The position numbers were made by a program, and so were the translations under genes. The notes beneath the pieces were generated by a model. The model worked only from the letters and a program-made list of their open reading frames with translations, was not told the origin of the DNA and searched no databases. A stretch of 64,000 nucleotides of DNA from positions 1 to 64,000 of the forward strand of contig CATMOE010000001.1 of the NCBI GenBank assembly GCA_950072105.1, given 5' to 3'. The DNA is from an uncultured Dehalococcoidia bacterium. Lineage in GTDB: Bacteria; Chloroflexota; Dehalococcoidia; Lucifugimonadales; UBA3495. Positions within the stretch are counted from its first letter, which is position 1. Each line of letters begins with the position of its first letter. Shown here one piece after another: positions 41,520 through 51,551 of this stretch.

Positions 41520-42455
41520 ATGGCTAACGAGTCTTCCAACAAATCTGAACTTAACGTCGTTACCGGCGCCTTCGGCTACACCGGCAAGTACATCGCCCGC
41601 CGGCTTCTTGCCGACGGTATCCGAGTTAAAACCCTTACCGGCCACCCCGAACGTCCCAACCCTTTCGGCGCCCAAGTGGTTGCCGCCCCTTTCAACTTCG
41701 ACGATCTTCCAACCCTCATCGATCAGTTATCAGGCGCTTCCACCTTGTACAACACCTACTGGGTGCGCTTCTCCCGGGGAGAGGTCACGTTCGATCGTGC
41801 CGTCGAAAATACTAGGACATTGATTCAAGCGGCCAAGGACGCGGGCGTAGGCCGGATCGTTCACGTCAGCATCACCAATCCATCCCTGAACTCTTCTCTA
41901 CCCTACTTCAGAGGGAAAGCCCAGGTAGAGGAGGCCATCATCGACTCGGGAATCTCCTACGCTATCATCCGGCCCACGGTCATCTTCGGCATCGAAGATA
42001 TCCTTATAAACAACATAGCCTGGATGCTGCGCCGATTCCCTCTGTTCGTCGTGCCAGGCGGGGGTGGCTATCGGTTCCAACCGATCTTTGTGGAAGACTT
42101 GGCGGGTTTGGCAGTGGACGCGGGTGGACAAGAGGATAACCTGATTTTGGACGCCGCTGGTCCGGAGACATATACCTTTGACGAATTCGTCCGGCTCGTC
42201 GGGCAGACAATGGGCAGCAGAACCAAGATCGTTCACCTACCATCGGCCTTGGCTCTGGGGATTTCCAAAATCGTGGGATATTTTCTCGGAGACGTGGTCT
42301 TGACTCGGGATGAAATCACCGGCTTGATGTCAGACCTGCTCATTTCAGACGCGCCTCCCGCAGGCAATACGTCGCTGAAGTCGTGGCTGACCATCAATGT
42401 TGCCACGCTAGGCGGAAGCTATACCTCTGAGTTGGACCGTCACTACCGCCGGTGA
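41520..42455 (+). CDS. NAD(P)-binding epimerase/NDUFA9-like
   Basis: VTGAFGYTG, YFRGK, RPTVIFG. Confidence 0.88.
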   Translation: MANESSNKSELNVVTGAFGYTGKYIARRLLADGIRVKTLTGHPERPNPFGAQVVAAPFNFDDLPTLIDQLSGASTLYNTYWVRFSRGEVTFDRAVENTRTLIQAAKDAGVGRIVHVSITNPSLNSSLPYFRGKAQVEEAIIDSGISYAIIRPTVIFGIEDILINNIAWMLRRFPLFVVPGGGGYRFQPIFVEDLAGLAVDAGGQEDNLILDAAGPETYTFDEFVRLVGQTMGSRTKIVHLPSALALGISKIVGYFLGDVVLTRDEITGLMSDLLISDAPPAGNTSLKSWLTINVATLGGSYTSELDRHYRR

Positions 42456-42576
42456 TCCTGCTCGAGTTGAATCGCCCCATTAGCGGGTGTATGCTGCGGA
42501 ATTGAAGCCCTTCCCCAAAGAGGGGTGGCCGCCAACCGGCGAATCCCACTAATCAAAAATGATCAGGGAGACAGCC

Positions 42577-43662
42577 ATGAAGTTCGGACTTTTTACCATT
42601 GTGCCTTGGCATGAAAGTGTCACCCAGGAGCAAGCCTTACGCGATGCCATGGAGCAGATCGAACTGGCCGACCAGTTGGGACTCGACGAAGTTTGGCTGG
42701 GCGAGCACCGGTTTTCTAGGCACGGGCTCCTGTCCGGAATATTCACGTTTCTCGGCCAGGTAGCCGCCAGGACCAAGCATGTCCGCATCGGCACCGCCGT
42801 GATCGTGTTACCCCTGCACAATCCGATTCTGGTGGCTGAAGAAACCGCCATGCTGGACGTTATCAGCGGAGGACGCTTCAATTTCGGCATCGGCGCGGGA
42901 TATCAACGCCAGGAGTTCGACGGCATCGGGGTCAATATGGAGGAGAGCCGGGAGCGGTTCCAGGAAGCCGTGGAAGTGATAACCCGGGCTTGGACCGAAG
43001 AAAGTCTGACTTTCCACGGCAAGTACACCAATGTAGACGATCTGGAGGTCATTCCGAAACCTTTGCAAAAGCCCCACCCGCCCCTGTTCCAGGCGGTCAG
43101 CACCTCTCCGACCAGCATAGAATTCGCCGCCAGTCGGCAGATACAGGTCATCGCCGGAGGTCCGACTGATATTCTGGGCCAGGCGCCCCAAGTGATTCAG
43201 CGATGGCGGGACAAGATGGACGAATACGGCTACCCCCACGCCCATCTGGACCCCCCGATGTCCAAGGCCATCTACGTGGCTCCCACGATGGAGGAGGCGG
43301 AGCGGGACCCCATAGGTCTGGAAGACTTCTCTTCAAGAATCCTAAGCTCCACCGGCCGGTTGGGAACCCCAGTGGGATTGCCGGTGGACAGCAACGGCAA
43401 CTTTCCCAAGGGGTACGAACATTGGGCCGGCCGCCAGAACGACCGAAACCGGCGCGACGACCCGGGACACGCCGGCCTCCCACCGTTGCGGGGCACACCG
43501 GACGTGGTGATAGAACGCTTGAAGGCGACCCAGGAAGCGGGAATCAATCATATATTCGGCGCTTTTGGGTTTCCTGGTTTGCCTCACGAAAAGGTCATGC
43601 GCTCCATTGAGTTGTTCGCCAAGGAAGTCATGCCCCATTTCCGGGAGGCGCCCGTTACCTAG
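42577..43662 (+). CDS. LLM-class flavin-dependent monooxygenase
   Basis: MKFGLF, WLGEHRF, LDVISGGRFNFGIGAG, PLQKPHPP. Confidence 0.93.
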   Translation: MKFGLFTIVPWHESVTQEQALRDAMEQIELADQLGLDEVWLGEHRFSRHGLLSGIFTFLGQVAARTKHVRIGTAVIVLPLHNPILVAEETAMLDVISGGRFNFGIGAGYQRQEFDGIGVNMEESRERFQEAVEVITRAWTEESLTFHGKYTNVDDLEVIPKPLQKPHPPLFQAVSTSPTSIEFAASRQIQVIAGGPTDILGQAPQVIQRWRDKMDEYGYPHAHLDPPMSKAIYVAPTMEEAERDPIGLEDFSSRILSSTGRLGTPVGLPVDSNGNFPKGYEHWAGRQNDRNRRDDPGHAGLPPLRGTPDVVIERLKATQEAGINHIFGAFGFPGLPHEKVMRSIELFAKEVMPHFREAPVT

Positions 43663-43799
43663 CGTCTTTCGCCACCGGGCCTGGCATCGCACTCATTCCG
43701 GCCAACGGCCCGGTGGTGGCAAAGGCGATCCTCCGAAGGCTTCATTACATGCACAGGTGAGTGGCTTCAGGATATTCGACTGCCCAAATTTCAAGGTTA

Positions 43800-43827
43800 T
43801 TGACGATGCGCCGCCTACATCTATAAT
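43800..43827 (+). promoter_or_regulatory. Sigma70-type promoter
   Basis: TTGACG-16 nt-TATAAT. Confidence 0.65.
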
Positions 43828-43866
43828 TGTAAGGCGGGCTTGAAAAGAGAGGGTGTGGGAGGATAC

Positions 43867-45360
43867 ATGGCGGAACAGGACTCAGGACGGCGGCGGGCGG
43901 CAGGACTTCCCTTAGTGATTGGGGTTTTGGTTCTGGTGGTGGCGGCAGCGGCGGTGGGGGCATTCGCTTTTTTCAACTCCAAGGCTACAACTGTAGCTGA
44001 TCCCGATCCTCTGAGCAATATCCAAGTTAGATCCCTAGGCCTAATCGTCTTTTCCTCGAACCGGGACGGCAATAACGAGATCTATGTGATGGACGTCAAT
44101 GGTTCAAAGTTGGCCCGGTTAACGAATCATCTAGCTTCGGACACCTTCCCCAGTTGGTCGCCTGACGGGGAAACAATCGTATTTACGTCCGACCGAGATG
44201 GCAACGAAGAAATTTTTATCATGGACTTCGATGGGTCCAATCAGGTCAACTTGTCCAATGATCCGGGTCGGGATTACGATCCCGTTTGGTCGCCCGACAG
44301 TGACCAAGTGCTCTTCACTTCCGAACGGGAAACCGGCCAGGAAGTTTTCGTCATGAACCTCGATGGCTCGGGACAGGACCGCTTGAGCAATAACGCAGGT
44401 CGGCAAAATTCGACGGCTGCCTGGTCGCCTAACGGCGAGAAAATAGCGTTCACCTCATATCAAGACGATCTTAATATATCCACGATAAACGCCAACGGTT
44501 CTGTCGAGATCGTCCTGACCGATGACCCGGCCGACGACGCCAGCCCGGCCTGGTCCCCGGACGGGACAAAGATCGCCTTCCACTCATGGCGCGATGGAAA
44601 CCCCGAGATATATGTGATGAACTCGGACGGTACCGTACCGGTGAGATTGACCTTCGACTCCGCCGCCGACTTTGAACCGTCGTGGTCCCGGGACGGATCC
44701 AAGATAATCTTTGAATCACAGCGAGATGGGGAGAAAGGGATCTACACGATCAATCCGGACGGCACCGGCTTGACCCGTATTTCCCATCGGGGGGACTCTT
44801 CCCCTGCCTGGGCACCCGTGCCCATCCCAGGAAAGTTAAAACTTTATCTGGTGCCGTCATTGAGCAACCCGCAGAGTTTGTCCGTTTCCGGCGAGGGGTT
44901 AGGGGAGCTTAGAATCATCCAGGTGCCGTTGATCTATGAAGCTCCGCAAGCAGCTCACGACACCTTGCTTAAAAATCTTTGGGGCAGCTTGTCTTTGGTG
45001 TTCGCAGGATCTGGATTTGCTGGAGTATGGTCCGATAACGACAATGCCCGCCTGGTGCTCCAACTAAACGGTCCGTTGACCGACGCCGATTACTTCCATT
45101 GCGCGGGGCTGAGCATAAATAACGTGGAAAAGACCAATTCCTGTGGCAACGGCTTCCACTTCTCTGAATTTGTAGCGGGCGGTTACACCGTGACGGTTGA
45201 TATTCCCGCCATCAAAAGCATCGAGCCTTCAGACCGATTGGAGCTCTCGTTCGTGCTGGGCACCACTTTGCCGGAAGGCGAAAAAGTGGTGCCAAACTTG
45301 GTATTTGGCGGCGATACCCCCCTGAAGATCAGCTACCTGGAGATTGGCTCGGACCGGTAG
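43867..45360 (+). CDS. Membrane-anchored TolB-like (PD40) beta-propeller protein
   Basis: One N-terminal TM; repeated PxWSPDGxxIxFxSxRDG blades; unknown C-terminal domain. Confidence 0.88.
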   Translation: MAEQDSGRRRAAGLPLVIGVLVLVVAAAAVGAFAFFNSKATTVADPDPLSNIQVRSLGLIVFSSNRDGNNEIYVMDVNGSKLARLTNHLASDTFPSWSPDGETIVFTSDRDGNEEIFIMDFDGSNQVNLSNDPGRDYDPVWSPDSDQVLFTSERETGQEVFVMNLDGSGQDRLSNNAGRQNSTAAWSPNGEKIAFTSYQDDLNISTINANGSVEIVLTDDPADDASPAWSPDGTKIAFHSWRDGNPEIYVMNSDGTVPVRLTFDSAADFEPSWSRDGSKIIFESQRDGEKGIYTINPDGTGLTRISHRGDSSPAWAPVPIPGKLKLYLVPSLSNPQSLSVSGEGLGELRIIQVPLIYEAPQAAHDTLLKNLWGSLSLVFAGSGFAGVWSDNDNARLVLQLNGPLTDADYFHCAGLSINNVEKTNSCGNGFHFSEFVAGGYTVTVDIPAIKSIEPSDRLELSFVLGTTLPEGEKVVPNLVFGGDTPLKISYLEIGSDR

Positions 45361-45366
45361 GCAACC

Positions 45367-46785
45367 CTACCTGACCGGCCCTCCGATGGGAGACCTGGGT
45401 CCCTCACAGGCCAGGAATTGCCCGTAGCCGGGACGTTGCTCCAGATTGCCCTGGTTCAGCAGCACCTGACCTCTAAGCAGGGTCATCCAGGGAGTTCCGC
45501 TAACCTGCCACCCCTCGAACAAAGTGTAGCCGGCGTTACTCTGGTGGTCTTTGGCGGTGATTATCCGGTCGGTTTGGGGGTCTATTATCAATAAGTCCGC
45601 GTCGGACCCTACCTGAATCACACCTTTCCTGGGGTAGAGTCCGAATATCCGAGCCGGATTTTCCGACATCACCCGGGCCAGCCACCAGATCGGCAGTCCC
45701 CGCTTGACCACCCCTTCGCTATAGGTGAGGGAAACGATAGTTTCCAATCCTGGGGAGCCAAAAGGCACGGATGCTCCTTCCGGGGTAACGAATATGTTGT
45801 CCCATCCCACTTGCTTCAATTCCTGAGGGTGAGGCGAATGGTCGCTGGAAACTATGGAAGTGTGACCTTGCTCCAATCCTCGCCACATCGCCTCCCGATC
45901 CGGACCGTCGTCCGCCCGTAGCGGAGGCCCAATCTTGGCCAGGGGGCCAACTCGCGCCATCTCCGCATCCGAAAGCAAAAGGTACTGGGGACAAGTTTCC
46001 GTCCACACCGCTTGCCCAAGTGACTGGGCCTGCTTGATACGCTCCATTCCCAGATGCGTGCTCAGATGCACAACGTAGGTGGGGCAACGGGTGGCCGAAC
46101 TCATCTGAACCGCCCGGTTGATGGCCTCTTCTTCCGCCCAATCAGGGCAAGCCCTGGGAAAGTCGGTGGGATGCGTGTGCCCTTCGGCGATCAGCTTGTT
46201 TTCCAGATACTCGATGATGTTGCCGCTTTCGCAATGGAGTTGCATCACACCGCCACCGGAAGCCACTAGGTCCATGGCGTTGCAGATGTAATCGTCGTCG
46301 CACATACGCCAGGGACGTTTCTTATAGGTCATGAACATCTTGTAGGACTTGACCCCCATCTCCAACGCCTGGGGCAAACCGTTAAGTATGTCAGGCCGGT
46401 TCTGCAACATGAAGTGGAAAGCGAAATCTACCAGAGCGGTGTCGGCGAATTGCTCTTTGCTTCGGTTTATCGCTTGGGGCAGGGTTTCGTCGCCTTCCAG
46501 GTTATAGCTGCCGAAAGGAATAATGGTGGTGAGACCGGCCAAAGCCGCCGCCCGTGACCCCAGTTCGTAGTCGTCGTGGCCGTCCAGGTGTACGTGGCTG
46601 TCGATAAGCCCCGGCAGCACGAACTTACCCGCCGCGTCGATATATTTATCCGCCGGGGGAAGTAATTCCTCGGGTCCGATCGCGGCGATTTTCCCTCCGG
46701 TGATCGCTATGGAGCTTTCATATACCTGGGAGGAAGTTACTACCTGTCCGCCCCGTATTATGGTATCGACTCTTACATCCGCCAT
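45367..46785 (-). CDS. Dihydropyrimidinase/hydantoinase-family amidohydrolase
   Basis: PGLIDSHVH, SYKMFM, LHCE, VVHLS, SSDHSP, KGVIQVGSDAD. Confidence 0.9.
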   Translation of the reverse strand: MADVRVDTIIRGGQVVTSSQVYESSIAITGGKIAAIGPEELLPPADKYIDAAGKFVLPGLIDSHVHLDGHDDYELGSRAAALAGLTTIIPFGSYNLEGDETLPQAINRSKEQFADTALVDFAFHFMLQNRPDILNGLPQALEMGVKSYKMFMTYKKRPWRMCDDDYICNAMDLVASGGGVMQLHCESGNIIEYLENKLIAEGHTHPTDFPRACPDWAEEEAINRAVQMSSATRCPTYVVHLSTHLGMERIKQAQSLGQAVWTETCPQYLLLSDAEMARVGPLAKIGPPLRADDGPDREAMWRGLEQGHTSIVSSDHSPHPQELKQVGWDNIFVTPEGASVPFGSPGLETIVSLTYSEGVVKRGLPIWWLARVMSENPARIFGLYPRKGVIQVGSDADLLIIDPQTDRIITAKDHQSNAGYTLFEGWQVSGTPWMTLLRGQVLLNQGNLEQRPGYGQFLACEGPRSPIGGPVR

Positions 46786-46839
46786 TTGATGCCTCCCTGA
46801 AATGGAATCCTAGTACTGGATCAACTCTAAAATGAAAGA

Positions 46840-46927
46840 TGTCATTCCGATCCTTCGGCGGAAGGAGAGGAACCTCAGGTTTGCTGGTCCAGCACGCATG
46901 AGATTCCTCGCTACGCTCGGAATGACA
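46840..46927. repeat. Palindromic REP-like element A
   Basis: TGTCATTCCGA...GAGGAACCTCA / TGAGATTCCTC...TCGGAATGACA. Confidence 0.85.
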
Positions 46928-47012
46928 ATAGCCCATCGGAGCGACATTGGCCCATGCCTGAGCCCTAGCCCGCTTTACTATACCAAGTAGAACCTTCTCC
47001 GGCGACCATAAT

Positions 47013-47879
47013 TTAGTGGGTTAAAATATTTGTCATATCAACACTGATTTCCCACAACCGGGCCGCCGCGTCTTCATCGTATGAGGCGGGAGCAGACCGA
47101 ACGGCCTGGAACTTCTCGTAATAGCCGCCGGTGATACCTTCTATCTCATCTGAACTGGCCAGATACACACTGGTTCGAGCGCCGTTTTCCGGGCTGATAC
47201 CCTTCAACCCAAAGAAGAATGAAAAAATGGGCCCTATCTTGCCGTTGTTGGCCAGGAACCTGGTTGCTACCACGCCGGGATGCAGGGCGTTTGCCGTGAC
47301 GCCGGTCTCTTCTAGCCTCCGGGCCAATTCGTAAGTAAAGAGCACGTTCCCCAGTTTGGACTGTCCGTAAGCCCTCATTCCCCGGTATCCGCGGCGTCCC
47401 TGGAGGTCGTCGAAATTGATCCGGGCTTTACGATGGGAACTGGACGACACATTTACTATCCTGGCCGGCGCGCTGGATTTCAGTAGATCCAACAATAGAT
47501 GTGTCAGCAGAAAATAACTCAGGTGGTTGAGCGCAAACGTTAGCTCTATGCCATCGACGGTTTCCCGGCGGGCCAAGTTAATGGCGCCGGCGTTGTTGAC
47601 CAGCACGTCTAATCTTGAATGGCGGCTTTTGAACTCGTCAGCCAGACTCCTAACTTGCTTTAGAGATGAAAGATCGGCAAGGAGATGGTCTACGTTCTGG
47701 TTTCCGGTCTGCCGCTTGATCCGCTCAACGGCCGCGACGCATCTTTCGATACTTCGTCCGGCTACCACCACGGTGGCGCCCAAGGCCGCCAGGCTCGAAG
47801 CCGTTGCCTCCCCGATTCCCGCGGTAGCTCCGGTAACTAAACAGATCTTCCCAATCATCGGTTGATCCGTACCCGCCAT
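47013..47879 (-). CDS. SDR oxidoreductase (retinol dehydrogenase-like)
   Basis: TGATAGIG, NNAG, YGQSK, HPGVVAT. Confidence 0.92.
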   Translation of the reverse strand: MAGTDQPMIGKICLVTGATAGIGEATASSLAALGATVVVAGRSIERCVAAVERIKRQTGNQNVDHLLADLSSLKQVRSLADEFKSRHSRLDVLVNNAGAINLARRETVDGIELTFALNHLSYFLLTHLLLDLLKSSAPARIVNVSSSSHRKARINFDDLQGRRGYRGMRAYGQSKLGNVLFTYELARRLEETGVTANALHPGVVATRFLANNGKIGPIFSFFFGLKGISPENGARTSVYLASSDEIEGITGGYYEKFQAVRSAPASYDEDAAARLWEISVDMTNILTH

Positions 47880-47979
47880 GTTTCCACTCCGCAGCGTCAC
47901 CAACGTTTTCAGCACCGATAATAACCTATCCCAGCCGAATTAGTTACCCGACTAGTGTATAGTTGGTGCAAGCAGAGGT

Positions 47980-48513
47980 ATGCCCATGAAGAACCCCGTA
48001 TTCCTGGCGTTGATAGCGTTGATCACCGTTTTACTTGCCGTGACCGGCGACGGCGGGGCGTCAGCTCAAGTTGTATCCCTCTGTATCGGAAACGATCAGG
48101 TAAATGGACGAATCGTCATGGGCACGCCTTTCGCCGATTTCATAGATTGCAGTGTATCCAGTGGAGACTTGGTCATATTTGGGCTGGGCGGGAACGATTG
48201 GATCGTGGGCGGCCGTGGCGCCGACGTAATTGACGGGGGGCCGGGCGACGATATCATCATTGGACGAAATTCCAAAGACTTTTTAATCGGCGGACCGGAA
48301 AGAGATTTTCTTGCCGGCGGCCGCGGCGACGATCTGATACGCGGTGGCGCGGGCAGCGATCAGTTGTTCGGCGGAGATGGAAACGACCTGCTGTACGGGG
48401 GCGATGCCAACGACGTCATGTTCGGCGGGAACGGATTTGACCTGTGTAACGGACAAGAGGGGAGCGCTGATCTGGCCAGCAGTTCCTGTGAATTGCCCGC
48501 CAACGTTCCGTAA
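47980..48513 (+). CDS. Small secreted RTX-type Ca-binding repeat protein
   Basis: Signal peptide plus about ten GGxGxDxUx nonapeptides. Confidence 0.88.
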   Translation: MPMKNPVFLALIALITVLLAVTGDGGASAQVVSLCIGNDQVNGRIVMGTPFADFIDCSVSSGDLVIFGLGGNDWIVGGRGADVIDGGPGDDIIIGRNSKDFLIGGPERDFLAGGRGDDLIRGGAGSDQLFGGDGNDLLYGGDANDVMFGGNGFDLCNGQEGSADLASSSCELPANVP

Positions 48514-48713
48514 CTTTTTTGGTTAGCGTATTCCCCACGGTATCTTCATCCCGGCCCTTCCGCGGTAAGGGGATCCAGAAAACCTCTCGGTTGGATACGT
48601 TCGTAGACACCGGTGTGACGAATTAAATGTCCCCACACTACCAGACATTGGCCCGCCATTGAGGACATCATCCATGACGAGTAGAATGGACCGGTTGGAA
48701 CGGGAAGATAAAT

Positions 48714-50042
48714 ATGCTTAAGATTAACCTGCAGCCGGCTCACCTAGCTGTCGGAACGCGAAAGGTTCATTACGCCTGGGTCATGGTAGCCGTAGCTTCC
48801 ACCATGTGGATGACTACCGCCGCAGTACGATTTGCCGCCGCGATACTGGTGCCCGACCTCCAAGATATCTTTGGCTGGAGCATCTTCGCCATCTTCGCGG
48901 CGTTCGCCATTCAGTGGATATCCGCGGCTTTATTCAGCCCAATCGTCGGTTGGATGGGAGACCGGTACGGCGTCCGCCGCATCATGGCGTTTGGCGCCGG
49001 ACTGTTTATCGCCGGTATGCTCCTCACTGGCACCATGACCCATCTCTGGCAATTCTACGTTTACTATGGGCTGGTTCTGGCTATAGCCATGGCCATCTTT
49101 CAAGTCCCGTTGGTGGCGGCGGTGACCCTTTGGTTCAAGAAGAATCTGGGCGTGGCCATGGGTACCCTGCAGGCTCTTCAGGGATTGGGGACGGTGTTGG
49201 GGATAGTCATAGTCGCCGTTCTGCTGGATTCTCTGGGGCTAAAATGGACTTTCTGGATTCCCGGCATAGCCGGCGGTACCATATTGCTTGTGCTGGTCCG
49301 GTTGTTTTACAACGAGCCCGGCGAGATCGGAGTCAAGCCTTGGGGGGCCTTGGAAGAGGACCCATTGGAGCGGCTGCTGGAAGCCTCCATAGCAAAGGCG
49401 AGGACCAGTGTATTTCTCAAGCAGGCCCAAAGGACCGGCGCTTTTTGGAACCTGATCAGCATCCACTTCTGGGGATGCGCCGGGCACAATATCATTCTGA
49501 TGGGATTGCCCGCCATGGTGGCTGAACGAGGCTTTTCACGAGTAGAGTCGGCGGGGGTATTGGTAGTCCTGACGGTTGTGAGCTTGATAACCAGGTTCGC
49601 GGTCCCGGTGGCGGCGGATCTGGTGGGTAGCAAGAAAGCGATGTTGGTCAGCTTTGCCTTGCAGACCGCTCCCGTCCTGATTCTCTTGGTTGCCAACGAC
49701 CTGTGGGTCTTCTACCTTTTTGCGGTCCTATTCGGCATCGGCATCGGCGGCGAGATGACGGCCTTCCCCATAATCAATCGCCAATACTACGGCAACGCTC
49801 CAATGGGCACCACCTACGGCTGGCAATTGCTGGGCGGAGGCATGGGCATGGCGATCGGCCTCCTGTTGGGCGGATATATCTGGACTGAAAGTGGATCATT
49901 TAGCGGAGCCGTGTTACTTTCATTTGGCCTGAGCATGGTGGGCGTTGTATCTATCTGGCTATTGCCGAGCACCTCCCATCACCTGATCCCCCATTGGGAG
50001 GAATCGTTGCCTTTAGAGGCCCGTTCGTCTGCTAGCGCGTGA
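48714..50042 (+). CDS. MFS transporter (tandem paralogue 1)
   Basis: HYAW, GWMGDRYGVRR, HFWGCAGH. Confidence 0.9.
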   Translation: MLKINLQPAHLAVGTRKVHYAWVMVAVASTMWMTTAAVRFAAAILVPDLQDIFGWSIFAIFAAFAIQWISAALFSPIVGWMGDRYGVRRIMAFGAGLFIAGMLLTGTMTHLWQFYVYYGLVLAIAMAIFQVPLVAAVTLWFKKNLGVAMGTLQALQGLGTVLGIVIVAVLLDSLGLKWTFWIPGIAGGTILLVLVRLFYNEPGEIGVKPWGALEEDPLERLLEASIAKARTSVFLKQAQRTGAFWNLISIHFWGCAGHNIILMGLPAMVAERGFSRVESAGVLVVLTVVSLITRFAVPVAADLVGSKKAMLVSFALQTAPVLILLVANDLWVFYLFAVLFGIGIGGEMTAFPIINRQYYGNAPMGTTYGWQLLGGGMGMAIGLLLGGYIWTESGSFSGAVLLSFGLSMVGVVSIWLLPSTSHHLIPHWEESLPLEARSSASA

Positions 50043-50123
50043 CGAACTACCCTGGAACGTGGCCCGGCGTGAAGGCATCCTCCTGAGTGAGTAAAATGGT
50101 CCGATCGTAATGGGAAAATAAAG

Positions 50124-51461
50124 ATGTTTAAGGTCGATTTGCGGCCCGCTGACCTGGCCGTCGGGTCGCGGAAAATTCATTACGGCTGGGTGATCGTAGC
50201 CCTTGCCTCGACCATGGGGTGTATCACCTCTTCAGTTCGATTTGCCGCCGCGGCTCTGGTGCCCTATCTGAGGGACTCTGCATCGGGCTTCGGTTGGAGT
50301 TACGGCGCGATAAGCCTTGGCTTCAGCCTCCAGTGGTTTGTTTTAGGTGTCGTGAGCCCCTATATAGGCTCGTTGGGGGACAGATATGGAGTTCGCCGGC
50401 TGCTATATCTGGGAGCTTTTCTGTTCATCGCCGGCATGCTGCTTACAGGCGTCATGACCAGCCTGTGGCAGTTCTACCTCTTCTTCGGCGTCATGCTGGG
50501 CATCGCCACCACCATTTTCTCGATACTCTTGGTGACCGGCGTCACTCTATGGTTCAGAAAACATCTAGGCGTGGCCATGGGGGCCGTGGGCTCGTTCCAG
50601 GGAATGGGGACGATCGGGTTTCTTTTCCTGATAGCCGTAGCTTTCGATCTGTTGGGCATGAAGTGGATATTTTGGATTCCAGGCATAGTGGGCGGGGCGC
50701 TCATACTATTGCTGATAAAGTTCTTTTACAACGAACCCGGCGATGTAGGCTTGCGGCCTCTAGGCGCTCCTGAAGGTGAGGCTATCAACAGGCCACAGAA
50801 GGACGAGACGGCTAAGATAAGGGCCAAGGTGTTCCTCCAGCAGGCCCAACGCACCAGCACTTTCTGGAACCTCATCGGCATCCACTTCTGGGGCTGCATG
50901 GGCCACAATATTATCAACGTGCTGTTGGTGGCTATAGCCGTGGATCGTGGCCTTTCTCTTGGAGTGGCTGCCGGGGTCCTCGCTACTCAACAGATCACCG
51001 GCGTCTTCGCACGGGGCGCGGTTCCGATTATAGCGGACCGCGTGGGTAGCAAAAGCGTCTGGGTGGTTGGTATGTCTCTGCAAGCTCTGCCTCTGCTCAT
51101 CATTCTCTTTGTCCACGATGCCTGGGCGTTTTACCTCTTCGCGTTCCTCTTTGGTATAGGCCAAGGTTCCGAGGTACCTACCTTTCCGATCGCCAACCGG
51201 CAGTACTTTGGCAACGTCCCACAGGGCAGCCTCTATGGATGGCAAAACATTGGGAATGGCCTTGGGATGGGGTTGGCGCCGGTGGTTGCTGGATTCTTGT
51301 GGGACATAACAGGCACTTATGCCGTTCCCTTGAGCATGGCCCTTGGGTTTAGCTTAATGGCCTTGATCTCCGCCCTGCTCTTACCCAGTTCATCCCGTAA
51401 TTTGATACCCCACTGGGAGGAATCGTTGCCATTGGAGGCCCGTTCGCCAGCTAGCCTGTGA
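50124..51461 (+). CDS. MFS transporter (tandem paralogue 2)
   Basis: HYGW, GSLGDRYGVRR, HFWGCMGH; same LIPHWEESLPLEARS tail. Confidence 0.9.
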   Translation: MFKVDLRPADLAVGSRKIHYGWVIVALASTMGCITSSVRFAAAALVPYLRDSASGFGWSYGAISLGFSLQWFVLGVVSPYIGSLGDRYGVRRLLYLGAFLFIAGMLLTGVMTSLWQFYLFFGVMLGIATTIFSILLVTGVTLWFRKHLGVAMGAVGSFQGMGTIGFLFLIAVAFDLLGMKWIFWIPGIVGGALILLLIKFFYNEPGDVGLRPLGAPEGEAINRPQKDETAKIRAKVFLQQAQRTSTFWNLIGIHFWGCMGHNIINVLLVAIAVDRGLSLGVAAGVLATQQITGVFARGAVPIIADRVGSKSVWVVGMSLQALPLLIILFVHDAWAFYLFAFLFGIGQGSEVPTFPIANRQYFGNVPQGSLYGWQNIGNGLGMGLAPVVAGFLWDITGTYAVPLSMALGFSLMALISALLLPSSSRNLIPHWEESLPLEARSPASL

Positions 51462-51551
51462 AGCTACGGTAGGCGTGGTACAATGTGCCGGTTCGATGGA
51501 ATACCATCTTAGTTACACCTAGCATTCAGTAGATCAAATGGAGGTACAACG

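Noticed and set aside
46718..46936. ORF with CHSERSEES (also ORFs 58134-58484 and 59441-59692)
   Set aside because: Spurious translations of the palindromic repeats.
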